Below the pieces are notes generated by a model that had not been told where the DNA came from, did no database searches, and worked only from the letters and a program-made list of their open reading frames with translations. 64,000 nt of DNA, taken from contig NC_081363.1 in the NCBI RefSeq assembly GCF_030684315.1, forward strand, positions 62,872,312 to 62,936,311. Reading direction: 5' to 3'. Position numbers and translations under genes: made by a program. This DNA comes from Stegostoma tigrinum (taxonomy: Eukaryota). Below, in pieces: positions 62,936 through 64,000 of this stretch (the stretch's first letter is position 1; the number at the start of each line of letters is the position of its first letter).

Positions 62936-64000
62936 TTTATATTATCACTACTATGCCAACTATGGCATGCATGCATCTGGTTGTGTTCATGGAAATGTTG
63001 GTGACCAGAGTGGAGAACCAGATCCAGCAGCTGGTGCCTGCCGGATAACTATGGATCTGGAAGCCATCACTCTAGCTGGGTTGCTTAGCTTCAGTGGCAA
63101 AGCAAGAGGGGCTGTGGACAGGACATTATGCTAAGTACCCCTTCCTCTCAGAAAGGCAGACTGGTGTGGGATTGTGTTCAATAACGACCGAGATTGGTGA
63201 ATGGTGAAATAGTCTCGTTACTGAGCATCAACAGTGGCACAGTTCGATGCAACAATGGAATCTAAAGTATCGTTTAACAGCAGCCTCTCTACACACAGTT
63301 TTTACATACATTAACATTTTTGCACTATGGTATCACATAGTTGTATCTATTGTACGCAAGTTGCATGACATCTGTCCTGGGGAAGTAGGAGATGGTTTAA
63401 GCACTTGCTAACTGATGACTCTTTAGTACTGATGGAATCAGAATGTCTGTCCAGTCTGAGTTTGCATAATTAAGAGGTATTATCCCTTTTGTCTTTAAAG
63501 TTAGTGATATGAGTAGAAATACTCAAACTATATGATCTAAATGAATGAGAAACTATACGTGTACTAAATAAAAGTACAGTGGATGTTAAACTGATCTTCC
63601 ACAGCTGGATTGTGAGATTTCATTTTCTATTGCCAGTCTTTGACAGTTCCTGCATATTCATTCATGCAGTTTCACGGAAGCTCTGTTTTGATAGAAAGTT
63701 TCTTAAAGGAGATCGCATCTCTATTTAATATGTATTTAAAAAAACATAAATCTGTACGTTAGTACAAGATGGTAGTCCTAAATGAAAGTTAGAAACAGGC
63801 AGTACAATGTTGTAGAGGTACGTTGTATATAAGGAAATTTCAAAGGGATAGCAAGCAGCAGACTATAGGGATGTGCTGGTAGAGGAAACTGTTTGATGTC
63901 CTTTAGCCTACTCAGGTCCCAAGAGATGGTTACTTAGGGCTAATTAATATTATAATATTTCCTCAGTTTTGAGTGGATTACAGAGACACGTTGTTGGGGA

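Noticed and set aside
1-64000. CRISPR arrays, operons or other prokaryotic systems
   Set aside because: Sequence is vertebrate-type repeat-rich DNA; no regularly spaced repeat-spacer array or dense coding seen.

Overview
Eukaryotic, AT-rich, repeat-dominated DNA with no recognisable host protein-coding exon, so probably intergenic or a large intron. The repeat content (HE1/V-SINE, Deu-type SINEs, CR1 LINEs, Rex1/Babar, Gmr1-like Gypsy, PIF/Harbinger, Penelope-like elements) points to a cartilaginous fish, most likely a shark (inference). Most short ORFs in the track are noise or transposon remnants. The most notable system is a young family of Penelope-like retroelements (PLE; RT + Cys-linker + GIY-YIG) whose 3' ends carry a minimal hammerhead ribozyme motif (CTGATGA-stem II-GAAACGTC). 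These occur as 5'-truncated copies, antiparallel two-arm insertions with exact target-site duplications (TSDs), and tiny (85-150 bp) ribozyme-bearing mini-insertions. The two-arm insertions show a repeated asymmetry (one arm has a ~40-nt tail, the other lacks it), and one insertion's arms match different subfamily variants. Also present: decayed PIF/Harbinger elements, two with both genes (spliced Myb/SANT gene + DDE transposase, one convergent and one divergent); nested CR1>LTR>PLE insertions; an LTR element with an unexplained coiled-coil frame upstream of its polypurine tract; and several repeat-free, homeobox-motif-rich tracts that may be conserved enhancers. All family assignments come from motif recognition by eye, not database searches.
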